Below, piece by piece: positions 63,553-64,000 of a DNA stretch of 64,000 nt. The notes beneath the pieces were generated by a model. The model was not told the origin of the DNA. It searched no databases and worked only from the letters and a program-made list of their open reading frames with translations. Every line of letters starts with the position of its first letter. Position 1 is the stretch's first letter. Source of the stretch: Candidatus Binatia bacterium (lineage in GTDB: Bacteria > Desulfobacterota > Binatia > DP-6); NCBI GenBank assembly GCA_046327955.1, contig JAXLXP010000007.1, positions 56,029-120,028 on the forward strand. Reading direction: 5' to 3'. The position numbers and the translations under genes were made by a program.

Positions 63553-63611
63553 TAGGCTCCCTTCACGGTTCCGGTCGCCTGCTCCTCGCCGATCAGTTTG
63601 ATCGTCGCCAT
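63552..63611 (-). CDS. 19-codon upstream ORF (MATIKLIGEEQATGTVKGA), possibly a CMD/AhpD-like N-terminal remnant or a coupling leader
   Basis: Strong GGGAGGAGGAA RBS 4 nt before the ATG at 63611. Its TAA overlaps the ATC at 63552 (TAATC). Confidence 0.3.
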   Translation of the reverse strand: MATIKLIGEEQATGTVKGA

Positions 63612-63641
63612 GTCGTTCCTCCTCCCGTGCTGCGTTCCAGT

Positions 63642-64000
63642 TCACCGTCGTGGCACCGGCCCCGGCATCATCGCGAGCGCCGGCACCGCGGTTGCAAGGC
63701 AGAGCTCCAGCAGTGCCCGCAGGATCGCTCGCTGCCGTGGCGGGTCGTCCAACGCTCCGAGGGGGTAGCCCAGGGGATAGGGCACCGCGAGCGCACGGGG
63801 CGGCCGCACCTTCCTGGTGATCTCCGGGAGCAGCGTCAACGAGGCGGTCACGATCCCCCGTCGCTCCAGCTCCACCTGGACCAGGCCAACGACCTGGTGA
63901 CACATGGGTCACACCGGCACCAGGAGGGCCACGTCGACCTCGTCGTCCACCAGGAGTGTCGCGGCCTTCGGCGCCGTGTCGCGGATCAGCCGGCCTGGTG
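63642..64000 (-). CDS. Candidate selenoprotein, GrdB C-terminal-domain-like, paralogue of 39560-40015; in-frame UGA at 63909-63911; 5' end outside the window
   Basis: Minus strand: ...[100 protein letters not shown]... The track shows only the part after the TGA. Confidence 0.55.
63880..63898 (-). promoter_or_regulatory. SECIS-like hairpin (ACCAGGTC/GGCCTGGT, loop GTT)
   Basis: Starts 10 nt after the TGA. Loop and position match the hairpin at 39667-39683. Confidence 0.45.

Noticed and set aside
63553-63912. The N-terminal 120 codons of the 552-aa track ORF, considered as part of the antiporter.
   Set aside because: The region overlaps the GrdB-like gene and the short upstream ORF, and is Gly/Ala/Arg-rich without TM segments. 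The antiporter homology begins near 63552 or later.
1-64000. Scan for rRNA, tRNA, tmRNA, CRISPR arrays and obvious rho-independent terminators.
   Set aside because: No cloverleaf-like or rRNA-like segments were seen, no repeat-spacer arrays, and no convincing GC-hairpin plus T-tract. By-eye scanning is weak for small RNAs, so absence is not proven.

Overview
Very GC-rich bacterial chromosomal segment. Core metabolic and envelope operons alternate with two heavily scrambled mobile-DNA zones.

(1) 1-9600, minus strand: an acetone-carboxylase-type ATP-dependent ketone carboxylase (HyuA-like beta, HyuB-like alpha, Zn gamma subunit). It is followed by three tandem family-III CoA-transferases (one frameshifted), a DsrE-like protein and a BadI/MenB-like crotonase.

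(2) 9860-15343, minus strand: CoxG, MocA-like and XdhC Mo-enzyme maturation genes, and a roughly 1000-aa secreted beta-helix/Cys-rich protein with disintegrin-type motifs.

(3) 16380-22765: an hsp20 gene destroyed by an IS21-family element. The istB of that element is itself split by a 3.5-kb recombinase-in-trio (RIT) element.

(4) 22950-27100: a lower-GC islet with an orphan small/large terminase pair and a Zn-ribbon/HTH protein. Transposase and DUF899 remnants and an intact IS5-family element follow.

(5) 29291-39464, plus strand: ECF sigma, anti-sigma, RND pump, adaptor, TolC and a thioredoxin-domain lipoprotein.

(6) Two paralogous small GrdB-C-terminal-like ORFs (39560-40015 plus; 63642 to the window end, minus). 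Each has an in-frame TGA in a PV-U-P-x-C context and a SECIS-like hairpin 10-11 nt downstream. Each sits directly upstream of an ion transporter (ClC; CPA2 antiporter).

(7) 41993-51516, minus strand: one long operon-like run. It holds an ECF sigma, an RsrA-type ZAS anti-sigma, a YceI-like protein, a bufferin-type RiPP set (6-Cys precursor, MNIO/DUF692, DUF2063), ArsM, ArsS, a PiT transporter, a haloalkane dehalogenase and others. The two arsenosugar-associated glycosyltransferases (TIGR04282/TIGR04283) lie across a duplicated 138-bp promoter segment.

(8) 53927-59441: a five-element nest. An IS701-family element contains an IS5/IS427-type element, which contains a group II intron. An IS4-like element and its 148-bp MITE derivative are also present.

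No rRNA, tRNA or CRISPR array was recognised. All calls come from reading and translating the sequence; no database search was run.
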